Source of the DNA: Eledone cirrhosa
Taxonomy: Eukaryota
Direction of reading: 5' to 3'
Length of the DNA stretch: 64,000 nt
Assembly: GCA_964016885.1 (NCBI GenBank)
Contig: OZ024741.1
Coordinates: forward strand, 184,946,001 to 185,010,000
Part shown: positions 57,102-64,000 of the stretch, piece by piece
Position numbering within the stretch: the first letter of the stretch is position 1
Layout: each line of letters opens with the position of its first letter
The notes under the pieces: model-generated
Database searches by the model: none
Seen by the model: the letters and a program-made list of their open reading frames with translations, nothing else
What the model was told of the DNA's origin: nothing
Position numbers and translations under genes: made by a program

Positions 57102-58850
57102 GGTTTGTTTGGAGGTTTGTATTGTAGGGCTTTGAATTTGCCAGCATGAAACTGCATGTTGTTTTCTTCCGCCCATTTGTATATGGCATCCAGATCCTGC
57201 TGTAAAAGGGCAGCGTCAGCCGGGTTTTTGATTGCCTGTGCTACCTTAGTGTCATCAGCATAGCTAGTGAGGGATGTTGTTGTATGTACTACAGAGGGCA
57301 TGTCTGAGAGAGCCACCAAAAACAGTAGTGGTCCCAGGACTGTCCTCTGGGGTACCCCACTTGTTATTGGTGTTTCCTTTGAGAGCGCCCCATTTGCTGC
57401 GACTGCCTGGCTTCTTTCCTTTAGGAAGTCATGCAGCCACTCACCTACTATTCCAGTTATGCCGAGTCCGTGTAGTTTGTGACATATCATTCCGTGGTCG
57501 ACCTTGTCAAAGGCCTTCGCAAAGTCAATATATATCACGTCCACATGTGAGCTGTCTAGTAGTTGTTTCAGTACCCAGTCGTAGTGATATAGCAGCTGTG
57601 TAAAGCAGCTTCTTCCTGGGCGGAAGCCATGTTGCGTGCTAGTCAGGCGGTCATTTTCCTCGAGGAAAGTGATCAGTTTCTTTCTGATGACTCGCTCCAT
57701 GACCTTACTGATATACGACGTCAGGGAGACTGACCTATAGTTTTTGGCCTCCGCTCTGCTGCCTCCTTTATGGTTAGGGCATATTGTGCCTTCTTTCAGC
57801 TCCCTGGGTAGTACACCGCTAGCCAAGGAGCTTCTGAAGAGCATCTTCAGTGAGTTGCTAAGGCCCGCTTACATATTTTTAAGAGAACTGCTGGAAATCC
57901 ATCAGGTCTAGCAGCCGAGTCTGTTCTAATTTCAACAATGGCGTACACCACATCCTCCTCCGTTATGTCTATGTGGTTGATGGTTGCCATTTCTTCATGT
58001 AGTGTTGTGGCATCAAAGAACTCCTCTGGCTTCGTTATTTGCATGTGCCTCAGTGGACATGTGAATACACTTTTTACTGTTCGTTCAGTATGTCACATAT
58101 CTCTTGGGGGTTTTCGGTTAATGAACCGTCCACATGGAAGAGTGGCCCAATCTTGCAGTGTACTGAGGCAGTTTCTTTTGCAAATTTAAAGAAGGCCTCA
58201 GGGTTTGTTTTAATGTTTTCTATGGCCCTGTTCTCTTTCTTTGCCCTCTCATTCTCATGGGAAAGCTTGAGCGCATCTCGGTGCCAAGTAATGCACATTT
58301 CAAATAGGATTCCTTCTTGTTTTTGTTTTGTTGACTATTCAACCGGTTTGAGAGTTTGGTTCTACGTCTCATAAGGATTTTCCTATCTCTGGGAATAAGA
58401 TTTTTGTGTCTGTTTGCCTTTTTCTCCGGGACGAACTTTTTGCATATAGTGTGTATCGTTGTCATGAAGTGTTGAAATTGTGTGGTAGTGTCTTGTGTGG
58501 CGGTGCTTTCACTCCTTGTTTGCTTCCGGATTTCTCTCTTAATCTTTTTCCAGTTAACCTTGTAGAAGTTAAGGCTGGATAACGTCCCGGAGCTTCTTGT
58601 GGTTTTGTCTCTGTTGGTTCTCTTGGACCACATATCATTAGCTCTACTAAGTTATGATCCGAGAGCATTGTTGGTGTCACCTTTACATTGTGGATGAGCA
58701 CTTCGTTGTTTGTAAAACAGAGTGCAGGACATTTTCGTCTCTTGTTGGGAGGAGTACTGCTTGCGCCATGAACAGCCTGTGTATGAGGGCCAGCAGGGAT
58801 TCCGCCTGTCTCTGTTCTATTTGCGTCATTCCAGGGAGGACGTGGGCCTC
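57102..58850 (-). pseudogene. CR1/L2-group LINE ORF2 remnant (APE C-terminus + RT)
   Basis: SDHNLV, NYRSVSLTS, QHGFRPGRSC, DFAKAFDKVDH, SGVPQRTVLGPLLF, YADDTK. Confidence 0.85.
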
Positions 58851-58852
58851 CT

Positions 58853-61724
<2,872 letters not shown>

Positions 61725-62940
61725 ATGTACACGTACATGCATATATGTATACAGACGTACAGTAGTATGTATATATAAATACATACATGCACACATATAT
61801 ATGTATGTATGGATTCACAGAACATTTATTATAATGCTCGGCGTGTTTGTAAACAAACATCCCGTTTTAAGACGCAGTGTTCAGCAACCATCGTTGCTCG
61901 TTTGTTCAACACTGACAAAGGAACGCTGTACTTGTTTCAAGCTTATTAGCTATCGTCAGCAACGTATACCTTCCTGCCATATTGTTGAACGTATATACTT
62001 ACCTTATGCATATTAACAGATGAGAAGCCCAATTTGCATATCGAGTGGGTTAATCGGCCGAGTGCACCGAAAACGATAAACGGAAAAAATGAAACGAAAT
62101 TTCATTTCCCACTCTTAGTACGGCTGTTACTTAAATATAAGTATGTACACGTACATACATATATGTATACAGACGTACAGTAGTATGTATATATATATAC
62201 ATACATGCACATATATATATATATGTACGTATGGATTCACCGAACATTTATTATAATGCTCGGTGTGTTTGTAAACAAACATCACGTATTAAGCCGTAGT
62301 GTCCAGCAACTATCGTTGCTCGTTTGTTCAACACTGACAAAGGAACGCTCTACTAGTTTCAAGCTTATTAGCTATCGTCAGCAACGTATACCTTCCTGCC
62401 AGATTGTTGAACGTATATACTTTCCTTATGCATATTAACGGCTGAGCAGCCTAATTTGCATATCGAGTGAGTACACTCGGCCGGGCGCACCGAAGACGAT
62501 AAATGCAATAGAATGAAACGAAATTTCATTTCTCCCTCTTATACGGCACTTACTTAAATGTAAGTATGTATGTATACATACATACACATATGTATACAGA
62601 CGTACAGTATAATCTATATATACATACATGCACACATATATATACGCACGTATCGGTTTACCAAACATTTATTATAATGTTCGGTTTGTTTGTTTGTTAC
62701 AAACAGCGCGAATTACGCCGTACGGTGTTTAGGCAACCACGTCATCTTTTTGTTCAACACTGACACAAGAACGATGTACTAGTTTCAAGCTTATTAGCTA
62801 TCGTCAGAACCGTATACCTTCCTGCCAGATGGTTGAACGTCTGAAAGTATATACATTCCTTATGCATGCTAACCGCTGAGCAGCCTAATTTGCATATCGA
62901 GTGATTTCAGTCGGCCGGGCGCACCGAAAACGATAAATGT
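61725..62940 (-). repeat. Tandem array of three ~422-426-bp units, each with one minimal HHR (retrozyme-like)
   Basis: HHRs at 61924-61964, 62346-62386, 62772-62812: cgttg-CTGACGA-agct(aata)agct-GAAAC(t/a)aGTA-cagcg. Confidence 0.85.
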
Positions 62941-63907
62941 ATATGAAGAAATAGAAGGCAATAAAATGAAGTAAAATAAAATAAATAATAGACAGAGAAT
63001 AAATGAAAAATTAATGAAAAGTTAATGAAAACGTAATGAAAAGTGAATATGGAAAATGAAAAATGAAAATGAAAAGTGAAAAATAAAATGAAGATTCGAA
63101 TGAAATAAGATAAAATGTGTGTGTGCTATAACCAATCTCAAGGTCAGAAATATGTTGGATAGATTGGTAGGGGGAACAAGATGGTAAAAGAATAAAACGA
63201 AATAGGATAATCAAATAAAATGTGTGTGTGTTATAACCAATCTCAACTTAAATATAAATATAAGGTGATAAAGGGAAGAAAACAGAAAAAAAATAACAAA
63301 TGAATAATGAGAAATCAAAATTCAAAAATAGAAAATCATGTAAATTAAATGTGTGTGTGTTATAAAGATATTGGCCAAATTATAAAGGCTGTGTCAGGGG
63401 AGCTTCACCTCAAAAAGAATTTCTATAGTCTTTGGACTGATGAATGCTCTCAAAACTGACCAATGGGAAGTTTGACCTTACAAATCTTTATAACATTGAG
63501 ATGGGAATAACACACACAGACATTTTATTCGATTATTCTATTTTATTTTGTTCCTTTACCATCTTATTCCTTCTACCACTTTATCACTTATTTTTAGCTG
63601 ACTCCAACAATAACACCACTACCAACACAACAATAGAGGTCAGATGTACCTAACAATAACAAGAACTACAAATACAGATTGGCTTGCCTCAGAAGGAATT
63701 TCTATAGACATTTGACTGAGGAATGTTCTAACAACTGACCAATGAGAGGAGAAGAGGTCCTTTGACGCTGAAATTCGTTTGTTTTAATTCATATGATTCC
63801 AGTTCCTCAGTGAAATAGCAACTCAAACAGGAACTGGGCATATCAGAGTATTGACAAAGTTATACACCTCAACAACATGTGTACTCGTCTCTACCACACT
63901 AATTCGG

Positions 63908-63962
63908 ACTGCCTGAAGAGGTCACAGCCAAAGATGGCTGTCACCGAAATATATATAGCAGT
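63908..63962 (+). ncRNA. Minimal hammerhead ribozyme
   Basis: actgc-CTGAAGA-ggtcacagcca(aaga)tggctgtcacc-GAAAT-atat-ATA-gcagt; perfect stem I. Confidence 0.8.
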
Positions 63963-64000
63963 AATAAACGAAGCCAAATTTTAAACATTTGACTTATTTA

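Noticed and set aside
61725-62940. CRISPR array or protein-coding repeat
   Set aside because: Long units without unique spacers, eukaryotic context, ORFs not conserved
63430-63725. CTGATGA / CTGAGGA words as HHR cores
   Set aside because: No stem II-GAAA-UH arrangement follows

Overview
AT-rich, microsatellite-dense animal DNA with no recognisable host exon. The tRNA-derived SINEs resemble cephalopod (octopus-type) SINEs, which is an inference. Most of the non-microsatellite DNA I could assign is retroelement-derived, and each class sits in its own microsatellite. (1) Penelope-like elements (RT + GIY-YIG) and several unrelated short non-coding relatives sit in (TA)n tracts as fold-backs, with one arm carrying an extra tail. 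(2) R4/Dong-type RLE LINEs and Tx1/L1-type LINEs sit in (AAT)n, twice as convergent tail-to-tail pairs. (3) A sister Tx1-like family sits in (CTAT)n. Reading both strands by eye gives about 14 minimal type I hammerhead ribozyme (HHR) motifs from about 9 sequence families. These include core variants (U3:A8 covariant; U4C) and a 3-unit tandem array of ~420-bp HHR-bearing repeats (61725-62940) with the layout of a non-LTR retrozyme, a candidate circular-RNA source. RNA folds are manual and untested. Most ORFs in the supplied track are microsatellite artefacts.
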